Positions 1 through 9,441 of a DNA stretch of 64,000 nt are shown here, one piece after another. This stretch comes from Candidatus Poribacteria bacterium (GTDB taxonomy: Bacteria > Poribacteria > WGA-4E > WGA-3G): assembly GCA_963665235.2 (NCBI GenBank), contig CAXXLX010000001.1:3040001-3104000 (forward strand). Direction: 5' to 3'. The position numbers and the translations under genes were made by a program. The stretch's first letter is position 1; every line of letters begins with the position of its first letter. The notes below the pieces were generated by a model. That model was not told the DNA's origin. It saw only the letters and a list, made by a program, of their open reading frames with translations, and did not search any database.

Positions 1-60
1 GACTACCAATAGAGAACAGAGTATCGCGATTGCGATACCGATTGATTTCAATCCTATCAT
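1..60 (-). CDS. N-terminus (signal peptide) of a secreted protein running off the window start
   Basis: ATG at 60 reads MIGLKSIGIAIAILCSLLVV; upstream TTGACA-17-TAGAAT promoter on the minus strand. Confidence 0.55.
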   Translation of the reverse strand, partial: MIGLKSIGIAIAILCSLLVV

Positions 61-182
61 TTTTTTCTCTTTTGCTATATAGCCTATAGTCCTGTTTAGG
101 GGTCCCTATCCTTGTTCGGTAGACATTCCATCCGAAGTTAAGAAGGGATTGGGGTACCCTGTCAACATGGTAAGTTATCGAT

Positions 183-211
183 ATTCTAAAACGTTTTCAT
201 ATTTCTGTCAA
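183..211 (-). promoter_or_regulatory. sigma70-type promoter TTGACA-N17-TAGAAT
   Basis: near-consensus boxes with 17-bp spacing, pointing at the partial CDS at 1-60. Confidence 0.6.
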
Positions 212-232
212 CAATTTTTTTGAAAGTCCTGT

Positions 233-362
233 TATAGTAAGGCTTACAATTATTTATACATGGCAATGTGGCAAAAACGCCCGGTTTTCCTCTCCCCCCG
301 CCTGCGGGGGGATAAAGGGGGGTCTTAAAGTCAATGTCCATTTATTTTCCAACTTTACTATA
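233..362. mobile_element. MITE-like element with TATAGTAA(A/G)G terminal inverted repeats carrying a C-rich/G-rich palindrome
   Basis: tatagtaagg ... ctttactata; internal ccccccgcctgcgggggg hairpin; subterminal gtccatttatt resembles the acatttatt motif of other elements in the window. Confidence 0.5.
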
Positions 363-451
363 TTTAGCACGATTTTCGCTATTTTCTGCAAAATGAATTG
401 GGTATTAGCTCCATCCGGGCGAAAAGTTTCATGCGCGAAAACCTCTTCTTT

Positions 452-515
452 CCGCGTTCTCCGCGCTAATCCGCGATTTGTGGCGGACTCGCCCAAATGC
501 GACGTGCATTCATAA
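452..515 (+). repeat. dispersed CCGCG-rich repeat (ccgcgttctccgcgctaatccgcgatt...catt(c)ata/cagacaa family)
   Basis: related copies at ~9040-9235, inverted at ~18443-18490, ~47012-47095 and ~63870-63906. Confidence 0.7.
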
Positions 516-595
516 AATTCCGGATTGAAAATCCTCTTGCCAAAATTTCGGAAGTACGCTATTATCTTTTTATCACTAAAAAAAAGGAGCAAAAC

Positions 596-1018
596 ATGGC
601 AGTTTTTTTACATACACGTGTTCGCGTAAGCGATCTGGACAACTCTATTAATTGGTATTGTGACCATCTGGGGTTCAAAGTGCTCAGCCGCAGCGATAAA
701 TCCCCAGCGGGTAACCAAATTGTACATCTTGAGCTTCCGGGAAACGACCATACGTTAGAATTAACCTATTCACCCGATTTTGAACTTCAGGTGCAGGAAG
801 ACCTGATGCACTTCGCTATTGGTGTCCCAGATCTGGTTGCGTTTTGCGACGGTTTAGAGAAAGCCGGTCTGGAAATTTGGCCAGATGGGTGGCGTAAGCA
901 ATTTACATCCGGTGGCATGAAGATGGCATTCATCACCGACCCAGATGGATACGAGGTTGAACTACTAGAACGCAAAGATGCCACCGGCGACCCGCTCAGC
1001 GTGCTGGAAGAGTCGTAA
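596..1018 (+). CDS. VOC/glyoxalase family protein (lactoylglutathione lyase-like)
   Basis: FLHTRVRVSDLDNSI...HFAIGV...FITDPDGYEVEL motifs; start moved to ATG 596 after an AAGGAG RBS. Confidence 0.88.
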   Translation: MAVFLHTRVRVSDLDNSINWYCDHLGFKVLSRSDKSPAGNQIVHLELPGNDHTLELTYSPDFELQVQEDLMHFAIGVPDLVAFCDGLEKAGLEIWPDGWRKQFTSGGMKMAFITDPDGYEVELLERKDATGDPLSVLEES

Positions 1019-1059
1019 AGGGGCGGTTGTGAGCAGAGAGACCTGGCCCTCTTCTACTG

Positions 1060-1876
1060 TTAGACATAGGGCCAGAACTGATTCCATGCCGTCATCCAGT
1101 CTCGCCCGCGGCTTTCAACAGTGACGGGGCCCGTTATTTCAACCCCCGGTCTTCCCTTGAATTCTGCGACTTTATCAGCACTTGCCACCTCAATTTTGAT
1201 TGTTGTCGGCTGTGTGGGGACGTACGGTGTGACGCGTGTTAAATCTGTGAGTGCCGCTCTCGCAGCGTCTTCTATCAGTTGACGGGCGCGGACAGGCGAA
1301 AGTTGCCGCGCGCTAAATCGGCTCAATCCTTTCTTAACAGCGACCGTTGGCAGTTCCTCGCCGAGGAGGGATTTCGCTTCTCGGCAGACTGCCGTGTCGC
1401 CTGTGACAAGCGCGATAGGAACGCCATAGTGACCGTTGAGCGCTGCATTTACACCAGTTTCACCGACAAGTTCATCGTTGAACCAAAGATTTCTATACCG
1501 GACACTACTAATCGTATGACACAACACGCCATCGGGCGTACCGCTGCGGGCATGCATTCCAATCAGCAAGCATGCATCACAGCCATCCTCCCACATCTCA
1601 TCATAGCGGCCCCAGCCGTGGTGTGCCACCCATTCGCAATCCGGATGAATTTTATCTGGCACGAGTGAGTTGAAGGTCCAGCCTTCGCCTGCCCCGTGGC
1701 AATCTACGACGACAATCTCTGTCGCTCCTGCTGCTTTCGCTCCGCGCACCGCAGCGTTAATTTCTTCGGTATAGAGGTGCCGCCCCTCTTCGAACATCGC
1801 AGCTCCCTCCATTAACCTGCTCCCACACGACAATACCGCTTACACCCTCCATATCAGACATGATTAGCACTCGCAT
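1060..1876 (-). pseudogene. M55 family D-aminopeptidase (DppA-like) with an apparent +1 frameshift near 1803-1810
   Basis: N-terminal MRVLIMSDMEGVSGIV (SxDMEG motif) starts at 1876 in a different frame from ORF 1060-1833, which carries VVDCHG, IGMHA and HT motifs; genuine pseudogene or sequencing indel. Confidence 0.8.
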
Positions 1877-1897
1877 TTTTCTTTTCTCCTATTCATC

Positions 1898-1921
1898 GTA
1901 GGGGCGAGGTGACCTCGCCCG
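1898..1921 (+). repeat. GTAG-type REP hairpin
   Basis: GTAG followed by the palindrome GGGCGAGGT-G-ACCTCGCCC. Confidence 0.6.
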
Positions 1922-2004
1922 CTAAGTCTCACTCTAAATCCCATTATCACTTAGATTTAGTATAGCCCCGTTATCCTTAAAATACAAGCACAAATGCTAG
2001 AATC

Positions 2005-2033
2005 TTGACTTATCGCGTCTATTGTGGTATAAT
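2005..2033 (+). promoter_or_regulatory. sigma70 promoter of argS (TTGACT-N17-TATAAT)
   Basis: near-perfect consensus about 35 bp upstream of the start codon. Confidence 0.7.
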
Positions 2034-2067
2034 TCATTTAGAAAAAACACTCCGGAAATAAAGCAAA

Positions 2068-3831
2068 ATGGAGAATACACATTTTAATTCTATAGACAGG
2101 GACGCAATTAAAGCGGAAGTTCACGCCATGCTGCAAGCTGCAATTGCTGCTGCTATTGCGGAAAACTGTTTGCCCGCAGCAGGAGACCTCCCGACGCTCG
2201 ACGTGCCAGATATTCCGTTTTCGCCGACCAAAACCCCTGAACATGGCGATATTGCGACCCCGGTCGCATTGGGACTGGCGAAAAAAGCACGTCTAGCCCC
2301 GCGCTGTTGCACAGTAGCCGAAATAATTGATAAGCATATCGAACGGGATAAATACCCGAGTATCAGCGAGCTTAAAATTGCAGGACCGGGTTTCATCAAT
2401 ATCCATCTTTCCAAAACGTGGCTTTACGACACCCTCCGGCGGATTGCAGCCGAGACGACAGAATACGGCAAATCCGACAAAGGCGCAGGCTCTAAAGTCC
2501 AGGTTGAATTTGTCAGTGCGAACCCCACCGGACCGCTTAACGTCGTCAGTGGACGTGCCGCAGCAGTTGGGGACACCCTCGTCAATTTGCTAAATGCCGT
2601 AGGTTATCAGGCGGTCCGTGAATACTATGTCAATGATGCGGGGGGGCAGGTGGACCGACTTGGTGAATCCATAGATATCCGCTATCGACAAGCACTCGGT
2701 GAAACCGATTTGGAAATTCCGGAAGGCGGGTACCATGGAGAATATTTACAGGATTTCGCAAATACTATCATCGCAGCGGAAGGCGACATCTACCTTAAAC
2801 TTGACACACCTGAGCGGGTAGCACGTTTCCGGGATAAAGGAATTGGACACCTGCTAGAACAACAAAAAATCGCTTTGGAACGTTTTCGGGTTAATTTTGA
2901 TGTTTGGACCAGTGAAAAAGCAATCCGTAACAGCGGAAAACCTGAAGAGATTATTGAGCTGTTTCGTCAAAAGGATTACCTCTACGAAGCAGAAGGCGCG
3001 ACCTGGTTTCGCATGACGGATTTCGGCGACGACAAAGATTGCGTTGTCATACGGAGCAATGGCGAATACACCTATTTCGTACCAGACGCTGCGTATCACC
3101 GCGATAAATTTGACCGGGGGTTCAATAAGGTCATCGACCTGCTCGGCCCTGACCATCAGGGGCACGTTATGCGACTAAAAAATTTCGTGAAGGCTCTCGG
3201 TTTATCCGACGACTGGTTGGAGGTCGGCATCATTCAGCAGGTCAACCTTGTCGATGCAGATGGCACTCGGCGCGATATGTCCAAACGGAGCGGACAGTTC
3301 TTTACGCTTGACGCACTCATCGACGAACTAGCCGCGACTGTTGGAGAACGGTTCGCTGTGGATGTCGCCCGGTACTTCTTTCTGATGCGTGGCAACAATA
3401 CACATCTCGATTTTAATCTTGAGCTTGCTGTCACACAGGCAACTGAAAACCCCATCTTTTATATTCAATATGCCCATGCAAGGTGCTGCAGCATCTTGCA
3501 GCAAGGCCGAGAAGAACAGATTCAGCCAAAACCTATTGAGGATGTATCATTGGAACTGCTTGCAGAACCGATTGAACATGAACTGATTCGAAAATTGGCG
3601 GATTTTCCATCAATCGTGCTCTCTAGTGCTGAAGAACGCGAAGTACACCGTATCGCCCATTATCTAAACGAGTTAGCCGGACAGTTTCATCCATACTACA
3701 ATAAACATCGCGTCCTTGAGGCATCAGATATGGAACGGACACACGCGCGCCTCATCCTTGTCCAAAGCGTGCAGACTGTATTAGCAAATGGTTTGAGGGT
3801 GTTAGGCATTTCGGCACCGGAGTCAATGTAA
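2068..3831 (+). CDS. argS: arginine--tRNA ligase
   Basis: VEFVSANPTGPL, EYYVNDAGGQ, MSKRSG, YIQYAHAR motifs and C-terminal LGISAPESM. Confidence 0.97.
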   Translation: MENTHFNSIDRDAIKAEVHAMLQAAIAAAIAENCLPAAGDLPTLDVPDIPFSPTKTPEHGDIATPVALGLAKKARLAPRCCTVAEIIDKHIERDKYPSISELKIAGPGFINIHLSKTWLYDTLRRIAAETTEYGKSDKGAGSKVQVEFVSANPTGPLNVVSGRAAAVGDTLVNLLNAVGYQAVREYYVNDAGGQVDRLGESIDIRYRQALGETDLEIPEGGYHGEYLQDFANTIIAAEGDIYLKLDTPERVARFRDKGIGHLLEQQKIALERFRVNFDVWTSEKAIRNSGKPEEIIELFRQKDYLYEAEGATWFRMTDFGDDKDCVVIRSNGEYTYFVPDAAYHRDKFDRGFNKVIDLLGPDHQGHVMRLKNFVKALGLSDDWLEVGIIQQVNLVDADGTRRDMSKRSGQFFTLDALIDELAATVGERFAVDVARYFFLMRGNNTHLDFNLELAVTQATENPIFYIQYAHARCCSILQQGREEQIQPKPIEDVSLELLAEPIEHELIRKLADFPSIVLSSAEEREVHRIAHYLNELAGQFHPYYNKHRVLEASDMERTHARLILVQSVQTVLANGLRVLGISAPESM

Positions 3832-4174
3832 TACCATTTCTAATTGGAAATGTCTCTTTATTGTAGCATAAACTTCCAGTTTGTGCGTTGTAGCATAAAC
3901 TTCCAGTTTGTGCGTTGTAGCATAAACTTCCAGTTTGTGCGTTGTAGCATAAACTTCCAGTTTGTGCGTTGTAGCATAAACTTCCAGTTTGTGCGTTGTA
4001 GCATAAACTTCCAGTTTGTGCGTTGTAGCATAAACTTCCAGTTTGTGCGTTGTAGCATAAACTTCCAGTTTGTGTGCTTTATTGTAGCATAAACTTCCAG
4101 TTTGTAGCATAAACTTCCATTCTCCGTTTCATTTCTAACAAACGGTAATGATAGAATAATTAATAAAAATGGTA
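3832..4174. mobile_element. MITE-like shell (TACCATTT...AAATGGTA, TAA duplication using the argS stop codon) containing a REP tandem array
   Basis: TAA|taccattt ... aaatggta|TAA; the right end plus flank is duplicated again as a 41-bp unit (4141-4181 / 4182-4222). Confidence 0.6.
3861..4118 (+). repeat. 27-bp tandem array (TTGTAGCATAAACTTCCAGTTTGTGCG, ~8 copies plus partials) of a GTAG-REP hairpin
   Basis: identical units with no spacers; GCATAAACT/AGTTTGTGC form an imperfect stem. Confidence 0.92.
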
Positions 4175-4254
4175 TAACTTCAACGGTAATGATAGAATAA
4201 TTAATAAAAATGGTATAACTTCAGCCAACACATACCTTCGGAGAGTTATCAGCA

Positions 4255-5601
4255 ATGGCAATAGATTACAAAAAACTTGATAAAGCCCATGTGTGGCATC
4301 CACTGTTTCAGCATCAGCAGCTTGATGCAACCGATTTAGTTGTTTTTAAATCTGCACACGGCACAACGCTTATCGATGCGGATGGACGCGAATACTTAGA
4401 TGCCTACTCCGCTTTGTGGAATGTCAACGTCGGGTACGGTAGAAAAGAGATTGCTGATGCTGTCTACGCACAGGTACAGGAGTTGGCTTACTATCCGCAC
4501 TCACAAATTAATGTTCCAGCGACTTTGCTAGCGGAACGGTTAGCAACGTGCCTACCGGGCGATTTGAACCACGTCTATTTTTGCAACAGCGGCTCTGAAG
4601 CGAATGAAACAGCTATCAAAATCGCGCGCCAGTACGGCAAACAAGCCTATCCGGGGGAGAATCGCTACAAGATTATCAGCCGATATCGTGGTTACCACGG
4701 ATTCACCTACGGCGCGCTGGCAGCCACAGGACAAGCACGCAGACGCAAACCGTTCGAACCGCTGGCACCAGGATTCCATCACGTCCACCCGCCCTACTGT
4801 TATCGATGCCCACTCGGTTTGGATGAACGCTCCTGCAATATTGCATGCGTTCAGGAAATCGAACGCGTCATTCAGGCTGAAGGGCCCGAAACCGTCATCG
4901 CTGTTATTGCTGAACCGATCATCGGTGGCGGCGGTGTGATTGTCCCGACAGATGAATACTTTCCAAAATTGCGAAAAATCTGTGATGACTACGGGCTACT
5001 TCTTATCCTTGATGAGGTTATTACCGGCTTCGGACGGACAGGAAAACTGTTCGCTTGTGAGCATTGGAACGTACAACCGGACCTCATCACCCTCGCCAAG
5101 GGTTTGACGAGCGGTTATATTCCCCTCGGGGCATGTGTTGCATCAACAGCCGTATTTGAGACGTTCCTTGGTACCCCCGACGAAAATCGAGAATTTGCCC
5201 AGGTCTGTACCTACGGCGGACATCCTGTCGCTTGTGCTGCGGGGCTCGCGAACCTTAACATTCTCCAAGAGGAACAGCTTTCAGAGAATGCAGAAAAAAT
5301 CGGGACCTATCTATTAGAGAAATTAAAGACGTTACACACTTTACCGATTGTCGGGGATGTCCGCGGCAAAGGATTAATGCTCGCTGTGGAACTCATCGAA
5401 CCGGATGGGGCACACCTGCAAACAGCCCAGACGAACCGAATCGTCGGTCAGCTGAGAGAAAAAGGGGTAATCGTCGGTAAAATTGGGCACGCCGTAGACG
5501 AACCAGAAAATATCATCTTTATCGCACCACCCCTCATTCTCAAGAAAAACGAAGCAGACCGAATCTTTGAAACGTTACGAGATGTACTTATCCAGCAGTA
5601 G
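4255..5601 (+). CDS. class III PLP-dependent aminotransferase (omega-amino acid/BioA-like)
   Basis: [36 protein letters not shown] motifs. Confidence 0.93.
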   Translation: MAIDYKKLDKAHVWHPLFQHQQLDATDLVVFKSAHGTTLIDADGREYLDAYSALWNVNVGYGRKEIADAVYAQVQELAYYPHSQINVPATLLAERLATCLPGDLNHVYFCNSGSEANETAIKIARQYGKQAYPGENRYKIISRYRGYHGFTYGALAATGQARRRKPFEPLAPGFHHVHPPYCYRCPLGLDERSCNIACVQEIERVIQAEGPETVIAVIAEPIIGGGGVIVPTDEYFPKLRKICDDYGLLLILDEVITGFGRTGKLFACEHWNVQPDLITLAKGLTSGYIPLGACVASTAVFETFLGTPDENREFAQVCTYGGHPVACAAGLANLNILQEEQLSENAEKIGTYLLEKLKTLHTLPIVGDVRGKGLMLAVELIEPDGAHLQTAQTNRIVGQLREKGVIVGKIGHAVDEPENIIFIAPPLILKKNEADRIFETLRDVLIQQ

Positions 5602-6438
5602 ACCTAACTTGTGTCGGGTCGTTTGCGGTATTTTGCTTGCATCGGTAGCAATTGCATACTGAAGCGCATTTGAACACCCACACCCGCGCTCCTCATCCGG
5701 AATCCTAGCGACAACCGCCCGGACAGTCCGTTTTGAGGTTGACACATTCGCAAGGAGGTTCTCAAGAATCATCTCAGTGGTTACGTTGTCGTGTTCAGGA
5801 TGCCAGCAGTCGTAATCGGTTGAACAAGCGAGAACAGCATAACAGATTTCCGCTTCACGCGCTAATTTCGCCTCTTGTGCAGCGGTCATCCCGATAATAT
5901 CGAACCCTAATTGCCGATACACGTTCGATTCTGCTTGTGTGGAAAATGCCGGCCCCTCCATACAGATGTAGGTACCGCCGTTATGAACAGATGCACCGGC
6001 TTCGGTCGCAGCCGCGTATAAAAGATTACCTAAAATCGAACAGAACGGGTGTGCAAGACTAATATGTACCGCAATTCCCTCACCGAAAAAGGTTGACACC
6101 CGATTTTTGGTATGGTCATACAACTGGTCTGGAACAACGAAATGGCGTGGTTCAATCGCCTCTCTTAAACTGCCTACGGCACTGACAGAGATGAGCCACT
6201 CTACACCCAACGATTTTAAGGCATAAATATTGGCAGGAACATTTATATCAGCGGGGAGTAGCCGATGCCCAACACCGTGACGCGGCAAAAAAACAACCGG
6301 CCGCCCATCAAGGTTGCCTAAAACAAGGGCATCGCTCGGAGCTCCAAACGGAGTCTCAACCGTTATCTCTTCGATATCGGTTAAACCCTCCATTTGGTAA
6401 AAACCGCTACCCCCAATGATTCCTATTTTGACACTCAT
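5575..6438 (-). CDS. mtnP: S-methyl-5'-thioadenosine phosphorylase
   Basis: IGIIGGSG, TPFGAPSD, LPRHG, EGPAFSTQAES, TDYDCWH motifs. Confidence 0.93.
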   Translation of the reverse strand: MSVKIGIIGGSGFYQMEGLTDIEEITVETPFGAPSDALVLGNLDGRPVVFLPRHGVGHRLLPADINVPANIYALKSLGVEWLISVSAVGSLREAIEPRHFVVPDQLYDHTKNRVSTFFGEGIAVHISLAHPFCSILGNLLYAAATEAGASVHNGGTYICMEGPAFSTQAESNVYRQLGFDIIGMTAAQEAKLAREAEICYAVLACSTDYDCWHPEHDNVTTEMILENLLANVSTSKRTVRAVVARIPDEERGCGCSNALQYAIATDASKIPQTTRHKLGLLLDKYIS

Positions 6439-6491
6439 ATATATCTATTCTCCAAAGGAAAAGCGAAGCAGCAAACTGCTTTTGATTCATT

Positions 6492-7313
6492 ATGGCATTG
6501 CTAAACTGTGGAAATTGGACACTTGAAGGAAAATCTAGCTCAGCTGTCGCTACATACATTCGCGTGAGAGAGCTTGACCTAATTTTTGACCTCGGCAGGT
6601 GTCCAATGCATTTTATAGGGACAGACAACGTCTTTATTTCCCACTTCCATCTCGACCATTATTTTGGGTTACCTATCTATATCAGTCAACGGTGGCTTGC
6701 AGGAATGCCCCCAGGCAATATCCACGTACCAGCAAACGGTTTTAAGCAGCTACAGAATATTCTCGATCGAATTTCTGCCCTCGATTCAAGTAAGAATTGG
6801 AGCTATCAGATTACACCCGTGCAAGTTGGAGACGCTATTCCCTTTAGGCGAAATCTCGTTGCACACATCTTACCGAGTGAACACAACGTTCCTGCTGTGT
6901 CCTATCTCATTTGCGAAATTCGCAAAAAACTGAAACCCGAATATCATAACTTACCGGGACCTGACATCGCCGCACTCAAACAGGAAGGCGTTGAAATTAC
7001 AAACGAGGTGCAGTTACCGCTCATAGCATATTTGGGCGACACGCGCAGCATTCCGATGGACGCGCACCCCTTACTTAAGCAGTGTAAACTCCTTATATGT
7101 GAGTGCACTTTTGTTACACCTGAACACCGAGAACGCGCCAAAAGGACAATGCACCTCCACCTAGACATGTTACCGCCACTCCTATCGCAATTTGAGAGTG
7201 AGCATATCGTCTTGATGCACTTCTCACGCCGCTATACACCGGAACTCATCCAGCATCAAGTTTTCGACCGTCTACCGGTTTCTGAACATTCGCGCGTTCA
7301 GCTATTTTTGTAA
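6492..7313 (+). CDS. metallo-beta-lactamase fold hydrolase, short tRNase Z-like
   Basis: SHFHLDH, flexible-arm KLKPEY..LPG, YLGDT, CECTF, HFSRRY motifs. Confidence 0.8.
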   Translation: MALLNCGNWTLEGKSSSAVATYIRVRELDLIFDLGRCPMHFIGTDNVFISHFHLDHYFGLPIYISQRWLAGMPPGNIHVPANGFKQLQNILDRISALDSSKNWSYQITPVQVGDAIPFRRNLVAHILPSEHNVPAVSYLICEIRKKLKPEYHNLPGPDIAALKQEGVEITNEVQLPLIAYLGDTRSIPMDAHPLLKQCKLLICECTFVTPEHRERAKRTMHLHLDMLPPLLSQFESEHIVLMHFSRRYTPELIQHQVFDRLPVSEHSRVQLFL

Positions 7314-7352
7314 CTTGTAACCTTCAACGCTCAGCTAAACCCACAAACTGCA

Positions 7353-8756
7353 TTAGTTTGCTGCACCGGGATAAGATTTCGGATCTTGATCGGACGTGCC
7401 GTGTTCTTGTTCTACATAGAACTTATAGCCATCCTGGTCCTGGTCAAGTTCATATTGCCGGACCCGCTGTTCCGCTTCGCGAAAGTAGGATGAATCTCCT
7501 TTTGAGAGGCTCATATACGTTTTGAACCCTTCATAAGCATTACTAAATTCCCGAATAGCACTAAAGCAGATGGCTTGTTGGTAGACCCCTTCGTTCCGCC
7601 AGATGGACTCCGGTGCCTTGTCGAACAGCTCCTCGTAGGATTCAATAGCACGTTGATAATTTCCATTTTCCTGGTAAAGACGACTTTTTTGGAACAGTGC
7701 ATCCGCAGCAGCGTATTTCCTATATGACAGGTTTGTAGCCAGGGTCGCGTAGGTTTGAATGGCAAACGGGTAATTGCGCAGTTTCACCCAATTTCTAGCA
7801 ATTTGCTGAAAACACTGCACGACAAGATCGGCACTGCCCATCAAATATAACTCACTTGGTAGCACCTCACGGCCCGCTGCTTGGAATTCTTTTGCCTTTT
7901 TGCTCGTATTCTGCTGAATCTCAGCTTGGAGCTGATCATTTTCGGTCAAAAGGTCCGCAGTCTTCTTCAGCAACGTTTCCGCTCGAGATGCCTCGTAAGA
8001 ATCCGGAAACTTTTGAACAACCGCTACAAACGCACCCCAACCCCCACTGTTCGTATAGTCATACATTTCGTAAAAGTAGATGTTTCCGATCTGGAATTGG
8101 GATTGTGAAGCCTTTTCGTGTTCCGCGAATTCTGCAACCACTCTCTTATAGGTCTCAATCGCTTGCGGATAATTCTCTAAAGACTCATAAGCTTGGGCAA
8201 CTCTATAAAGTGCCTCAGCAGCAATATTAAAGGTTTCTTCTGTCGGCTCAGTATCGTAAATTGCTTTGTAGTTTTGATATTCTGCTCGCTTAGCGTTGAT
8301 AATCTCGCGGTTCCGCCGAATACTATCTATACCGCTCTTCGCCTCACTCGCGTAGTATCCAGTAGGGTCAAGGGTAACGATAGCCTCATAATGCTCAGTG
8401 GCTTGATCCCATTCATAACGCTTTTTGTAGATTGCGGCGATTTGATAATGGGCGCGCTGCGCGTATTTTCCCCCGGGGGCTTTTTCAAGCACCTCTATGT
8501 AAAGTGTCATCGCTTTATCGTAAAGTTCCTGTTTCTTGGCGCGCTGCTTCTTCAAAACTTCCGGCTCATCGGAACGAACTACCACAGCTTCAGCCTTCTC
8601 AAACGCAGTATCAGCATTCTGAATCCTTGCACTCAGTGGAATAATGTCAATCCCACCCTGGCAACCGATAAGCGTCACTGCCAGAAAACCGAATGCAAGC
8701 AGAAGCAGATAGCTTCGATGTATTCCCAGCCTTAAGCCGGGTATGAAACGGGTCAT
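7353..8756 (-). CDS. TPR-repeat lipoprotein (BamD/CpoB-like repeats) with a C-terminal DxDxDG Ca-binding motif
   Basis: signal peptide ending LIGC, multiple TPR-like helical repeats, DQDQDG..EQEHGTSDQDPKSYP tail; start 8756 after GGAGG. Confidence 0.8.
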   Translation of the reverse strand: MTRFIPGLRLGIHRSYLLLLAFGFLAVTLIGCQGGIDIIPLSARIQNADTAFEKAEAVVVRSDEPEVLKKQRAKKQELYDKAMTLYIEVLEKAPGGKYAQRAHYQIAAIYKKRYEWDQATEHYEAIVTLDPTGYYASEAKSGIDSIRRNREIINAKRAEYQNYKAIYDTEPTEETFNIAAEALYRVAQAYESLENYPQAIETYKRVVAEFAEHEKASQSQFQIGNIYFYEMYDYTNSGGWGAFVAVVQKFPDSYEASRAETLLKKTADLLTENDQLQAEIQQNTSKKAKEFQAAGREVLPSELYLMGSADLVVQCFQQIARNWVKLRNYPFAIQTYATLATNLSYRKYAAADALFQKSRLYQENGNYQRAIESYEELFDKAPESIWRNEGVYQQAICFSAIREFSNAYEGFKTYMSLSKGDSSYFREAEQRVRQYELDQDQDGYKFYVEQEHGTSDQDPKSYPGAAN

Positions 8757-9039
8757 GTTGTTAATCCTCCTCAAAAGTAAATAGTAAAAACTTACCGGGG
8801 TGTTCATTAAACCTACCGGCTTTCCGTATTTTCATTAAGTATAACAGATTCAAAAAAATTGTCAAGAAGAAATTTGTTTTTTTACACTTTTTTTAAGGCT
8901 GTCTAATTCTGAGTATTGAATAGGTTGCCGAACAATATTAAATTTAAAATATTAAAGGATGCGTAAAATTTTTGTGCTTAACGGGTTATGTCCGAGCGTG
9001 CTGTGCAAGCGATACCTTTCTATATAGGCGGACACCTCT

Positions 9040-9297
9040 TAAACTCCGCGTCTTCCGCGTTCTCCGCGCTAATCCGTGATTCAGACAAAAAACGCTAAAA
9101 CTATAATCACAAAACTTTGATTGTTACGCACCTTAAACTCCGCGTCTTCCGTGTCCTTCGCGCTAATCCGCGATTCAGACAAGGCGGATAATCCGCGCCT
9201 TCTGCGTCCTCCGCGCCTTCCGTGATTCAGACAACACACGCGAAATCCACTCTGCCCCCCTCCACGCTTCCACCCTTCCGCCCTTCCATCTAACCCT
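9040..9297 (+). repeat. composite intergenic repeat: three ccgcg...atccg(c/t)gattcagacaa units plus a (CTTCCxCC)n tract
   Basis: the same composite occurs inverted at ~63814-63906. Confidence 0.75.
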
Positions 9298-9336
9298 TTG
9301 ACAAAAACTTTACACACTCAATATTAAAAAACCTAC

Positions 9337-9365
9337 TTGACAAATCAGATTAAAATATGTAAAAT
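9337..9365 (+). promoter_or_regulatory. sigma70 promoter TTGACA-N17-TAAAAT
   Basis: consensus boxes upstream of the 9442 gene. Confidence 0.6.
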
Positions 9366-9441
9366 AGACGTGTCATACAAATTATGGAGGGAGTAAAATG
9401 TCCCTCTTCGGTAAACATAAATTATCGCAAGGAGGCAAATT

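Noticed and set aside
2296-2316. Odd RCCT segment in the ArgS N-terminal domain
   Set aside because: At most a two-residue in-frame indel in a variable region; it cannot be assessed without alignment.
3861-4118. 27-bp array as a CRISPR, or the repetitive ORFs (3823-4110, 3844-4092, 3858-4058) as proteins
   Set aside because: The units are contiguous with no unique spacers; the ORFs are a by-product of a 27-bp (multiple of 3) period and lack an RBS.
5575-5601. 27-bp convergent overlap of the aminotransferase and mtnP
   Set aside because: Short tail-to-tail overlaps are common and both proteins look complete.
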